Shown here piece after piece: positions 29,154 through 38,192 of a stretch of 64,000 nt of DNA. The first letter of the stretch is position 1, and each line of letters opens with the position of its first letter. Below the pieces are notes generated by a model. It ran no database searches. It was not told the DNA's origin and was given only the letters and a program-made list of their open reading frames with translations. The DNA is from a bacterium. GTDB taxonomy: Bacteria > Actinomycetota > Acidimicrobiia > Spongiisociales > ZC4RG35. The stretch lies in assembly GCA_028823995.1 (NCBI GenBank), contig JAPPFD010000009.1:89500-153499 (forward strand). The letters run 5' to 3'. The position numbers and the translations under genes are program-made.

Positions 29154-29289
29154 GCTCCTTCCCCTCCGCCCCCTGTCGGCGAGTTGCCGGATGAAGCAAT
29201 CACTCTATGTACACAGACCAGTGCACCGGTCCTTTCCCGCTTCCAAAGCCGACGAGGAACTGGTCCACCCGCCGGAGTCTTGTGCACCA

Positions 29290-30300
29290 TTATGCACGCT
29301 GGTACGAGCGAAGCGCGGTAACGACGCGAGGCGTGGCCGGGTAGGCCGCCGGAACCAGCGGCCGGCCGGTGAGGACCTCGAACACCTCCAGGTAAGCTCT
29401 GGCGGTCCTGACCGCCAACCCGGTTGCCAGCGGCGGCGGGTCACCCTCGCCCACGAATCCCTGAGCGGCAAAGGCGATGCGCACGACTTCCTTGTCCAGA
29501 TTCTCCGGCTCCCCGCCGGCGGCGAGGCGCTCTTCCACGGTTGCCGCCCTCCAGAACCGAGACGAGTCGGGTGTGTGGACCTCGTCGATGATGACCACGC
29601 CTCCCTCCGGGTCGAGACCGAACTCGTACTTAGTGTCGACCAGCACCAAGCCGGCTTCCGCCGCCGCCTGTTCACCCCGCTCGAACACCGAAAGGGCGAT
29701 ACTCCGCACCTCATCCCAGAGCCGGGCCTCCACCAGGCCGCTGTCGACGATGTCCCCCTCGCTGATCGGACGGTCGTGGGCGCCCATGGATCCCTTGGTG
29801 GTGGGGGTGATGATCGGTCGCGGCAGCGGATCGTTCTTCTTCATACCATCGGGGAACCGCATGCCGTAGACGTGGCGGGCGCCGGCTGCGTAGAGGGTCC
29901 ACAGCGAGGTGCCGGTCGTCCCGGTCAGGCGGCTCCGAACCACCACCTCCACCGGCAGAGGCCGGCACTTGCGGGCGATCGTCACGTTGGGGTCCGCCAC
30001 CTCGACCAGGTGGGTGGGTACCAGGTCGGCGATCCGATCGAACCACCAGGCCGACAACTGGGTGAGAACCTGGCCTCGGTACGGCACGGTTCCCAGCACC
30101 CGGTCGAAGGCCGACAGACGGTCGGTGGCGATCAACGCCAGGCGGTCACCCAGATCGACGATGTCACGCACCTTGCCCCGCACGACGGGACCGATGCCGC
30201 CCACGTCCGCGGCTTCGATACCTGTGAAGGGCTGGGCCAGGGGGAGCTGGAAGTCGGGTCTCACGACCTCGACCTCGTCGGGCTGCTCAACGGGCGGCAT
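29290..30300 (-). CDS. purC: SAICAR synthetase
   Basis: RGKVRDI, ATDRLSAFD, DTKYEFG, DEVHTPDSSRFW and LDKE motifs. Confidence 0.96.
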   Translation of the reverse strand: MPPVEQPDEVEVVRPDFQLPLAQPFTGIEAADVGGIGPVVRGKVRDIVDLGDRLALIATDRLSAFDRVLGTVPYRGQVLTQLSAWWFDRIADLVPTHLVEVADPNVTIARKCRPLPVEVVVRSRLTGTTGTSLWTLYAAGARHVYGMRFPDGMKKNDPLPRPIITPTTKGSMGAHDRPISEGDIVDSGLVEARLWDEVRSIALSVFERGEQAAAEAGLVLVDTKYEFGLDPEGGVVIIDEVHTPDSSRFWRAATVEERLAAGGEPENLDKEVVRIAFAAQGFVGEGDPPPLATGLAVRTARAYLEVFEVLTGRPLVPAAYPATPRVVTALRSYQRA

Positions 30301-31078
30301 CGACGAATGCTTTGAAGAGGGGTAGCCCCCGCGCCCCGGGCGGCCCCCCTGGCCGTTGCCAGTCGACCACATGGTCTTCGGGATGCGGCATGAGACCGAC
30401 GACCGCCCCGGTGGCGTCACAGAGACCGGCGATGTCACCTGCCGAGCCGTTGGGATTGGCCGGATAAAGACCCCCGGCCAAGCGGTCCCCGCCTTCGTGG
30501 CCGTCCTCCGACAGGTAGCGGAAGGCGATCCTCCTCTCGGATTCGAGGGTGCCGATGACCTCGGAATCGCTCACCGCCACCCGGCCCTCGCCATGGGCCA
30601 CAGGGCAGCGGATCTTCATGCCCGCCATGGAGCCGAGCCAGCCGGACCGGACCACCGGCTCGACCCGCAACGTCACCCACCGGCACTCGAAGCGTCCGTT
30701 GGCATTGTCGGTGAGCGTAACCCTCCGGCGCCCCTCCGGTCCGCTCGGTTCCCCCAGCAGGCCGGACTTGAGAAGTGCTTGGAAACCGTTGCAGATCCCG
30801 AGCAAGGGCCGCCCCGAGCGGACGGCGTCGGCAAGTTCATCGGACAGCCAGGTGCGCAGCTCAAGGGCGAGACGCGCTCCGGCTCCGAGGGCATCGCCAT
30901 AGGAGAAGCCCCCCGGCAGCAACAGGCCGCCGAACTCGGACATCGAGACGACTCCTGTACGGAGGTCGGTCATGGACACGATGCGCGGGTCACCCCCGGC
31001 CAACTCCACGGCCACCGCCGCCTCGGCGTCGCGGTTGGTTCCGGGAGCGTGAAGGATGAGGATCGGTGGCAGGGTCAC
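30287..31078 (-). CDS. purQ: FGAM synthase glutaminase subunit
   Basis: PGTNRD, PGGFSYGD, GICNGFQ, AHGEG and MPHPE motifs. Confidence 0.96.
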   Translation of the reverse strand: MTLPPILILHAPGTNRDAEAAVAVELAGGDPRIVSMTDLRTGVVSMSEFGGLLLPGGFSYGDALGAGARLALELRTWLSDELADAVRSGRPLLGICNGFQALLKSGLLGEPSGPEGRRRVTLTDNANGRFECRWVTLRVEPVVRSGWLGSMAGMKIRCPVAHGEGRVAVSDSEVIGTLESERRIAFRYLSEDGHEGGDRLAGGLYPANPNGSAGDIAGLCDATGAVVGLMPHPEDHVVDWQRPGGPPGARGLPLFKAFVDAAR

Positions 31079-33930
31079 GACTCTGCTCCCTGCACGGTGA
31101 AGGCCCGCACGGCTGCATCGAGGTCGATCGAGACCGAATCTCCGTTTACCCCTATCGGCTCGGCCCCTCCGGCGACGGCGATCTTGATCGAGGAACCCTC
31201 GGTCACCACTCCGATGCGACGACCCAGCGGGCCGAGCCGGGCCGCGAGGTGGTCGCGCCTCGCCGGCGCCGACTCCAACAGCAGTCGGCCGGCCGCCTCG
31301 TTGGTGAGGGCGGTGAGAATGCCTCTTGAACCCACCATCGGGACGGTTGCCTCGACCCCGAGCCTTCCCCCGATGGCCATCTCTGCGATCGCCACCGCGA
31401 TGCCACCGTCGCTCACGTCGTGGGCGGCTGTCACGATGCCGTCGGCGATCAGGCGATGAACCGCCATGTAGCGCTCCAGCGGCGTGTCCAATGTCGGCGG
31501 CACGCGCCGGTCGCCGATTCCCAGCAGGTCGTCGACAAGAGAGCCGCCGAGTCGGTCCGATGGGTCCCCGACCAGCCAGAGATCGCACCCGGCCCGGGTG
31601 AACGCACTGCTGACCGTCCGGTGCAGGTCGGGTACCAGCCCGAGGGCTGAGATGAGCAAGGTACCGGGAATCGCCTCTCCAGCGAATTCGTTGAACAGGC
31701 TGTCCTTCCCGGAGATGAACGGCATGCGGTAGCGGCGCGCTCCCTCCAAGCATCCCTCCAGCGCCCTGACCAGCGATCCGAGCCGGTCGGGCTTGGTGGG
31801 GTCGCCCCAGCAGAAGTTGTCGAGCAGGGCGACCCGGGCCGGATCGGCCCCCACCGCCACGAGATTCCTGACCGCCTCGTCGATGGCGTGCAGCGCCATG
31901 GACCAGGGATCGAGACGGCCGACACGCGGATTGATGCCCACCGACAGAGCAACGGCCGCGTCATGGTGCCAGGTGCCCAGGGGCTTGAGCACCGCTGCGT
32001 CCCCGGGGCCATCGGCCCGGACGCCGACGAACGGGCGACCGATGGTGCCGCCGCGTACCTCGTGGTCGTAGGTGCGCACTATGGACTCCTTCGAGGCTAC
32101 GGTCGGATGGGACAGGAGTTCGAGGACCACTCGGGTGGGGTCGACCTCGGGCACCTCTCCGGACTCGGGTACGGGGTCCGCCCAGCGCCCGACCATCTCT
32201 TTGCGCGGGACTCCGTGATGGAGAAACTCCATAGAGAGATCCACTACCGGCGTATCACCATGTCGCACCACCAGACGCCCGGTCCCGGTGAACCGCCCGA
32301 GGTCGGTCATCTCCACTTCATGGTGCTCGCACAACTCCCGTAGGGCTCCAACCCTGCTGCCCGGCACCGCCAGAACCATGCGCTCCTGGGCCTCGGAGAG
32401 CCAGATCTCCCATGGTTCCAGGCCCGCGTACTTCAGGGGCGCGCCCGCCAGGTCCACTTCGGCGCCGAGGCGCTCTCCCATCTCACCGACCGCCGAGGAG
32501 AACCCGCCGGCTCCGCAGTCGGTGATGGCGTGATAGAGGCGCAGGTCCCGGGCCTGCTCGACCACCTCGATGCACCCTTTCTGGGTGATCGGGTCGCCGA
32601 TCTGCACGGCAGTTCCCGCCTGCCCGGCGGTGGCTTCGTCCATCCCTGCCGAGGAGAAGGTGGCGCCGTGGATACCGTCCCGGCCGGTTCGTCCTCCGAT
32701 GGCGATGATCCGGTCGCCGGCCCGCGGCTCGGTGGGATGTGACCCCGAGGGCAGCAAACCCAACGCCCCGCAGTAGACGAGCGGGTTGGCGACGTATCCC
32801 TCGTCATAGACCACTGCGCCGTTTACGGTGGGAAGACCCAGCTTGTTGCCGTAGTCGCCGATACCTGCCACCACGCCGTCTCGCACCCGACGGGGATGGA
32901 GCACACCCGGGGGCAGGTCGCGGTCCGCAGGGTCGGGCGGACCGAAACACAGGACGTTCGTACAGGCGATAGGCCGCGCCGACACCCCCATTACGTCCCG
33001 AACCACTCCACCTATGCCCGTATTGGCGCCCCCGAAGGGTTCGAGAGCCGATGGATGATTGTGGGTCTCGACTTTGAAGGCGAGATCGAAGTCATTGTCG
33101 AAGGCCACTATGCCGGCGTTGTCGTCGAACGCAGAGCGCAGCCAGGGTGGAGCAAGTTCCTCCGTGACCCTTCTGAGGGCAGCAAGTAGGCCCTCGTGGG
33201 AAGAGACCGCAACCGAGCCGTCCGATTTCGTGTGTTCCAGGCGGATATGAGCCCGGAACGTCTTGTGCATGCAGTGTTCCGACCAGGTCTGGGCCAGCGT
33301 TTCGAGCTCGGCATCGGTCGGATCCCTCCCCTCTCGCGCGAAGTGATCCTGGATCGCCCTCATCTCCCCAAGATCCAGGGAGAGGAGACCCTCTCTGCTG
33401 AGACGCACGAGATCGGCGTCCGCCAAACCGGCCAGCTTCACGGTGTTGACCTGCACCTCCCCCTTAGCCGGCGAGTCGAAACAGGGCCGGACCGAACCAA
33501 GTGAATGCACTTCGATGATCTCGTTGGCCAGCAGTTGTCGGCTTATGGCAGATACGGCCGCCTCGTCGAGATCGCCTATCAGTTCGTAACGGCGGGCGGT
33601 GGAAGCCCGCACCGGGGGTAGGCCCAGGGCGGCTGCTGCTCGTTCCAGTTCCCTGGCCTCCACATCCGTCACGCCCGGACGCGGTGCGACCTCCACGACG
33701 GGATAGGAAGTGGGCAAAAGGGAACCCACAATCACCTCGTCCACGACCGGGTCGACCAGGACTTCTCGACTCAGCCGGTCGATTTCCTCCGTGGACAGGT
33801 CGCCCTGCAGGTGATAGACCCTGCTGACCCGACACCCGACCAGACCCGGCACCCCTAGGAGGCGAACAAGGTGGACGATCTGACCCGCTCTGGGGTCGTC
33901 GGCAGCGGTCACCTCGATGCGGGTGGTCAC
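31075..33930 (-). CDS. purL: FGAM synthase subunit PurL with N-terminal tandem PurS-like domains (start 33930 or 33954)
   Basis: WSEHCMHK, ETHNHPS, GRTGRDG, DCGAGG, SEAQERM and SGKDS motifs. Extra ~150-aa N-terminus with LVDPVVDE and LLANEIIE. Confidence 0.95.
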   Translation of the reverse strand: MTTRIEVTAADDPRAGQIVHLVRLLGVPGLVGCRVSRVYHLQGDLSTEEIDRLSREVLVDPVVDEVIVGSLLPTSYPVVEVAPRPGVTDVEARELERAAAALGLPPVRASTARRYELIGDLDEAAVSAISRQLLANEIIEVHSLGSVRPCFDSPAKGEVQVNTVKLAGLADADLVRLSREGLLSLDLGEMRAIQDHFAREGRDPTDAELETLAQTWSEHCMHKTFRAHIRLEHTKSDGSVAVSSHEGLLAALRRVTEELAPPWLRSAFDDNAGIVAFDNDFDLAFKVETHNHPSALEPFGGANTGIGGVVRDVMGVSARPIACTNVLCFGPPDPADRDLPPGVLHPRRVRDGVVAGIGDYGNKLGLPTVNGAVVYDEGYVANPLVYCGALGLLPSGSHPTEPRAGDRIIAIGGRTGRDGIHGATFSSAGMDEATAGQAGTAVQIGDPITQKGCIEVVEQARDLRLYHAITDCGAGGFSSAVGEMGERLGAEVDLAGAPLKYAGLEPWEIWLSEAQERMVLAVPGSRVGALRELCEHHEVEMTDLGRFTGTGRLVVRHGDTPVVDLSMEFLHHGVPRKEMVGRWADPVPESGEVPEVDPTRVVLELLSHPTVASKESIVRTYDHEVRGGTIGRPFVGVRADGPGDAAVLKPLGTWHHDAAVALSVGINPRVGRLDPWSMALHAIDEAVRNLVAVGADPARVALLDNFCWGDPTKPDRLGSLVRALEGCLEGARRYRMPFISGKDSLFNEFAGEAIPGTLLISALGLVPDLHRTVSSAFTRAGCDLWLVGDPSDRLGGSLVDDLLGIGDRRVPPTLDTPLERYMAVHRLIADGIVTAAHDVSDGGIAVAIAEMAIGGRLGVEATVPMVGSRGILTALTNEAAGRLLLESAPARRDHLAARLGPLGRRIGVVTEGSSIKIAVAGGAEPIGVNGDSVSIDLDAAVRAFTVQGAES

Positions 33931-34035
33931 GCACACCGAACTTAGCCGAGACAACCGCCGATGAGGTGTATTCCCGCCGGCCTCGCCCTGTCACGCCCTG
34001 GCGGCTGCGCGCCGATCGCGGGCCGGGCAGAGCGC

Positions 34036-34157
34036 GGCTACAGCCTCAAGAGAGATGGCTGCCATCGGGGGCTCCCCTCGATTGGGCGGTTTTGGACCGG
34101 CCGGCTCTCGAAACCGATCCCCACATTCTCGACCGTCAGGTGTTTGCGGAGAGGTAG
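34036..34157 (+). pseudogene. hpt: Displaced, frameshifted 3' fragment of hpt
   Basis: Reads GYSLKRDGCHRGLPSI[-1 nt]AVLDRPALETDPHILDRQVFAER* versus hpt GYGLDWDGRYRGLPSIWAVLDRSALETDPHLLDRHVFAER*. About 25 differences in 123 nt. Confidence 0.9.
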
Positions 34158-34169
34158 TATCGGCTGGCG

Positions 34170-34709
34170 ATGTCGGAAAACATTCCCATGGCCATCGACG
34201 GCGTCCAGGTCGGATTCTCCTCGGCCACCCCGGTTGTCTTGCTCAAGGAGGCCGACGGGGAGAGATACCTTCCCATCTGGATCGGGGCGGTCGAGGCCAC
34301 GGCCATCGTGGCGGCGTTGGAGGAGATGGTGCCGCCCCGACCGCTCACCCACGACCTGTTGCGGATGGCGGTGGAATCTCTGGGGGCGGAGGTGGACAGG
34401 GCGGTGGTGACCGAGGTCCGCGACAATGTGTTTTACGCCGAGTTGGTGCTGACCACCGGCGGGGGAGAGGTGACTGTCTCCTGTCGCCCTTCGGACGCCA
34501 TCGCGCTGGCGGTGAGAACCGAGGCGCCGTTGTTCGCCCACCACGATGTGCTGGACGAGGCCGGGGTGATGATCAAGGCGGCCGAGGAACCCGAGGAGCA
34601 GATCGAGGAATTCCGGCGTTTCCTGGAGGCCGTCAGCCCCGAGGACTTCTCGTCCGGCGGGCCTGCGGCGGGTCCGGACGATCCAGACCCGGACCCGGCC
34701 TCCCCCTAG
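34170..34709 (+). CDS. Bifunctional nuclease family protein (DUF151)
   Basis: RYLPIWIGAVEA, RPLTHDLL and RPSDAIALA motifs. Confidence 0.94.
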   Translation: MSENIPMAIDGVQVGFSSATPVVLLKEADGERYLPIWIGAVEATAIVAALEEMVPPRPLTHDLLRMAVESLGAEVDRAVVTEVRDNVFYAELVLTTGGGEVTVSCRPSDAIALAVRTEAPLFAHHDVLDEAGVMIKAAEEPEEQIEEFRRFLEAVSPEDFSSGGPAAGPDDPDPDPASP

Positions 34710-34813
34710 GGGGCGCCCCGCCTGATCGGGGAGATGGTTGGAAATGGGGGGCGGAGCCGTTATGGTTGATGCTTCGGTAAATCACCGGTCTGTAATCACA
34801 AAGGAGTAAGGCG

Positions 34814-35299
34814 GTGAACCAAGCGGAAAGGGGATATCGCGCCCCCCAGGTCTGCCGGATGGTGGGCATCACCTACCGGCAGTTGGACTATTGGGCCCGC
34901 ACGGGGTTCATGGTGCCCTCCCTACAGCAAGCCAGGGGGTCGGGTAGCCAACGCCTCTATTCCTTCGCGGACCTGGTGCAGCTGAAGGTGATCAAGAAGC
35001 TCCTCGACGCCGGGATGGACCTCAGGCGGATCAGGTCGGCCTTCGCGGCGTTGTCCAATCAGAGGAGTACCTGGAGCTGGGAGGACGGTGAGGTGACCCT
35101 GGCGTCCGACGGCGCCTCGATATACGCCTTGAGGAGTCCCGAAGAGGTGATCGACCTTCTTCAGAAGGGCCAGGGGGTGTTCGGGGTGGCCCTGGGTCCG
35201 CTGGTGGAAGAGGTTGCCGGAGAGGTTCACCAACTGTCGAGGACATCGGAGGTCGAGGAGGGGTACCGCGCCTCCCCGTCGCAGTCGGAGGTCATCTAG
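34814..35299 (+). CDS. MerR-family regulator (Rv1830-like)
   Basis: GITYRQLDYWART...GSGSQRLYSF...LLQKGQGVFG. AAAGGAG RBS. Confidence 0.93.
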   Translation: MNQAERGYRAPQVCRMVGITYRQLDYWARTGFMVPSLQQARGSGSQRLYSFADLVQLKVIKKLLDAGMDLRRIRSAFAALSNQRSTWSWEDGEVTLASDGASIYALRSPEEVIDLLQKGQGVFGVALGPLVEEVAGEVHQLSRTSEVEEGYRASPSQSEVI

Positions 35300-35379
35300 G
35301 CGCCCGACCGTCCCGTTGACTCCCGGACCGCCGGACGCCCTTAGACTACGGACTCGATTCGTCTCTTCGGTCAAGGACA

Positions 35380-36426
35380 ATGCCCCAGTCCCCTCTTCAT
35401 CACTATCACCAGGAGCTTGGCGCCCGCTTCGTGGACTTCGGGGGATGGGAGATGCCCCTCTCCTACGGATCGGCCCTGACCGAGCACCGGGCCGTGAGGG
35501 AAGGGACGGGATGGTTTGACGTGTCGCACCTGGGCCGTTTCTCATGGAGCGGGGAGGGATGGGACCCGGCTCTCTCCAGGCTGTTGTGCAACGACCATGG
35601 ACGGATAGGCCCCGGGCGGGCCCAGTACACCATGATCCTCAACTCCCGGGGCGGGGTGATCGATGATCTGATCATCTGGAAGCGCACCCCCGACGAGGTG
35701 ACGGTCATGCCCAACGGGGTGAATCACCTGCGGGTGATGGAGGCCTTCGGCGCGGCCGAGCCACGGGCCGACCTCTCAGACCTGCGCCCGGTGACCGTCA
35801 GCCTTGCCGTGCAGGGGCCCGAGGCTCCCTCACGGGTGGAGGCCCTGCTGGGAAGCGTCCCCGGCCCCTTCCGGGTGATGAAGGCCGCATACCGGGGCGA
35901 GGAGGTGTGGGTGGCGGGGACCGGCTACACCGGGGAGCGGGGAGTGGAACTGATCGCCGATCCGGAGACCGGGGAGGCGCTGGCCCGAGACCTGACCGCG
36001 AGCGGCGCCACGCCCTGCGGGCTGGCCTCCCGCGACCTGCTGCGGCTGGAAGCGGGCCTGATGCTCTGGGGTCACGACCTGAATGACGACATCACGCCTT
36101 TGGAGGCCGGTCTGGATTGGACGGTGCGGTTCAACCGGGACTTCGTGGGCCGGGAGGCGTTGGAGCGTTCCCGGAAGGAGGGTCTTCGCAGGCGTTTGGT
36201 TGCCTTCCGCATGGGTGACCGCCGCATTCCCCGGGAGGGGTACGCCCTCAGAGCGGGCCAGTCCTCCGGCGCGGTGACCAGCGGCAACTTCAGCCCCATG
36301 TTGGGAGTGGGCATCGGGATGGGGTATTTGTCCACGCCCTTTGACGCGGCGTCTTTGGAGGTGGAGATCCGTGGCCGTTGGGTCCCCACCGAGGTGGTGG
36401 AGGGGGCTTTCTACCGCCGGGGCTGA
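35380..36426 (+). CDS. gcvT: Glycine cleavage aminomethyltransferase T
   Basis: DFGGWEMP, FDVSHLG, GVIDDL, TGYTGERG and RDLLRLEAG motifs. Confidence 0.94.
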   Translation: MPQSPLHHYHQELGARFVDFGGWEMPLSYGSALTEHRAVREGTGWFDVSHLGRFSWSGEGWDPALSRLLCNDHGRIGPGRAQYTMILNSRGGVIDDLIIWKRTPDEVTVMPNGVNHLRVMEAFGAAEPRADLSDLRPVTVSLAVQGPEAPSRVEALLGSVPGPFRVMKAAYRGEEVWVAGTGYTGERGVELIADPETGEALARDLTASGATPCGLASRDLLRLEAGLMLWGHDLNDDITPLEAGLDWTVRFNRDFVGREALERSRKEGLRRRLVAFRMGDRRIPREGYALRAGQSSGAVTSGNFSPMLGVGIGMGYLSTPFDAASLEVEIRGRWVPTEVVEGAFYRRG

Positions 36427-36429
36427 GTC

Positions 36430-37092
36430 ATGGCTGCGACAGAGGTCTGGGTCTCCGACGGGGTCCCCTCCGATGTTCTGTCACGTTGTTCGTCGGTCTG
36501 GCCGGAGCCGGCGTTGCGCCTCCCCCTGCTGGGAGGGGTGACAGTGTGGGGAGACCCACCCGACAACCGGGTGAGGGTGGTGATGGCCTGTCCCAACCGG
36601 TTGGGCGTCCACGAGCCTCTGCCTCCCGGAGGCGGATGGGCGGAGATCTGGTGGTGGTCGGACCCGCTGTGCGCCGCCCGCTCGTACTACCGGGACGCCC
36701 CCCGGGTGCGCCGGGTGACCGCCCCGGTCCCCCTCCCGTCCGGCCGATCGGTGACCGAGGCTTCGGAGCGTTGCCGGCGGGCGGCGGATTACCTGGTTCG
36801 CAGGGTCCGCCAGATCCGGGGTGTCCACATACCATCCGTTCCCCATGGTCGGCGCTTTCCCGTGCTGTTGCCCACCGAGCCCGCCCCTCTGCTGGAAGGG
36901 GTGGCCGAGGAGCTCTCGGTTCCCGGACGGGCGGTGGACGGTTGGCCCGGGCTGATGCTGTGCGAGGTCGGCTGGTGGCAGACGCGGTCAAGGCTCGACG
37001 CCCTGGTGGAGGCGGTGGCGAGGGTGGCGAGGGGGGAGAGACCGCTCCTCCTGGGCAGGAGCGAGCGGGACTGGCCGGCGGAAGGGCTGTGA
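36430..37092 (+). CDS. Truncated, highly diverged GcvPA-derived protein
   Basis: Lies directly after gcvT. Segments VVMACPNRLG..PPG, AARSYYRDAP, RRAADYLVRRVRQIRGV and QTRSRLDALVEAV resemble the C-terminal half of GcvPA (by eye). Confidence 0.55.
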   Translation: MAATEVWVSDGVPSDVLSRCSSVWPEPALRLPLLGGVTVWGDPPDNRVRVVMACPNRLGVHEPLPPGGGWAEIWWWSDPLCAARSYYRDAPRVRRVTAPVPLPSGRSVTEASERCRRAADYLVRRVRQIRGVHIPSVPHGRRFPVLLPTEPAPLLEGVAEELSVPGRAVDGWPGLMLCEVGWWQTRSRLDALVEAVARVARGERPLLLGRSERDWPAEGL

Positions 37093-37094
37093 GG

Positions 37095-38150
37095 CTATCC
37101 GACCCAGGGGGAGAGGCGAGCGCCCTCGACCCGGTAGGCGGGGAGGATCCGCCGCTCCCACAACTCGGCCTTCAGGCCCTCGTCGCAGAAGGCCGCCTCA
37201 AGGGCTCGACGGGTGACCCCGGCCAGGTCATCCACCCCGAACCCCTGATGGTTCACCGCCAGCCGGAACTCGTTGGTGGGCGTGGTGCTGCTCATCAGCC
37301 GGTTGTCGGTGTTGAGGGTCACTGCGAAACCGGCCCGATGCAGCATCCCCACCGGGTGGCCTGCCGGCGCCCAGCCCTTGGTGTCCAGGTTTGATTTGAT
37401 GCAGACCTCGAGCGGGACTCCCCGCTCCAACACCTCGGTGGCCACCGGTCCCATCTCCGATATCTCCCCGGCGGCCACACGGCAGTCCTCAATCACCTCC
37501 ACCCCGTGACCGATCCGCTCGGCGCCGCATGACAACGCGTCACGGATGCTGGGAGCCCCCGCCGCCTCTCCGGCGTGGAGCGTCACCCTCACGCCTGCGT
37601 CCAGCGCCGCCTCGATAGCCGGCAGATGCTCCACGGCGGGATACCCCGCCTCGGGTCCGGCCAGGTCGAAGCCCACCACTCCCAGCGGCGAGGTCCGGGC
37701 GGCCAGGCGAGCCGTCTCGAGGGAGGTGGAGGTGTGGCGGAGAGAACACAGGATCAGCGACCACCCCATACCCGTGCGGTCCGCGGCTTCGGAGAGGCCC
37801 TCGGCCACCGACTGCACGACCTGTGCGGGGCTCATGCCTCCATCGGTGTGGAGGTGGGGGGCGAAGCGGATCTCGGCGTACACCACCGAATGGGAGGAGA
37901 GGTCCTCCACCGCCTCGGAGGCCACCCGCCTGAGGGCGTCGGCGTCCTGCATGACCCCCACCGTGTGGGAGAAGGCTTGCAGGTACCGCTCCAGGCTGTG
38001 GGCGCCGGATTGGTGAAACCAGTCCCCCAGCAGGTCGGGCCTCTCCACCGGGAGGGGGCGTCCCGCCCTCTCCGCCAGGCGGTGGACCGTGCGGGGGCGA
38101 AGGCTGCCGTCGAGGTGCTCATGCAGGATTACTTTGGGAAGGTGGCGCAT
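37095..38150 (-). CDS. add: Adenosine deaminase
   Basis: LHEHLDGS, AEIRFAP, GFDLAGPE, HAGE, RIGHG and NTDN motifs. Confidence 0.95.
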   Translation of the reverse strand: MRHLPKVILHEHLDGSLRPRTVHRLAERAGRPLPVERPDLLGDWFHQSGAHSLERYLQAFSHTVGVMQDADALRRVASEAVEDLSSHSVVYAEIRFAPHLHTDGGMSPAQVVQSVAEGLSEAADRTGMGWSLILCSLRHTSTSLETARLAARTSPLGVVGFDLAGPEAGYPAVEHLPAIEAALDAGVRVTLHAGEAAGAPSIRDALSCGAERIGHGVEVIEDCRVAAGEISEMGPVATEVLERGVPLEVCIKSNLDTKGWAPAGHPVGMLHRAGFAVTLNTDNRLMSSTTPTNEFRLAVNHQGFGVDDLAGVTRRALEAAFCDEGLKAELWERRILPAYRVEGARLSPWVG

Positions 38151-38192
38151 GGTGGCTTTTATTGAAGGGCGGTCCGCGCCAACATTAGGGAA

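Larger units (their letters stand above)
23079..34157. mobile_element. Putative integrated purine-biosynthesis island delimited by a displaced hpt 3' fragment (no integrase seen)
   Basis: Direct repeat 22956-23078 / 34036-34157. The pur operon interrupts an otherwise same-strand gcvH...hpt-BFN-MerR-gcvT run. Confidence 0.6.

Noticed and set aside
29154-29289. Possible purine, ZTP or PRPP riboswitch in the purC-purE gap
   Set aside because: No recognisable conserved core was found by eye. An Rfam/Infernal scan would be decisive.
33989-34010. TGTCAC near the island's right end as a PafBC site
   Set aside because: No TANNNT at the required spacing (CTGCGC).
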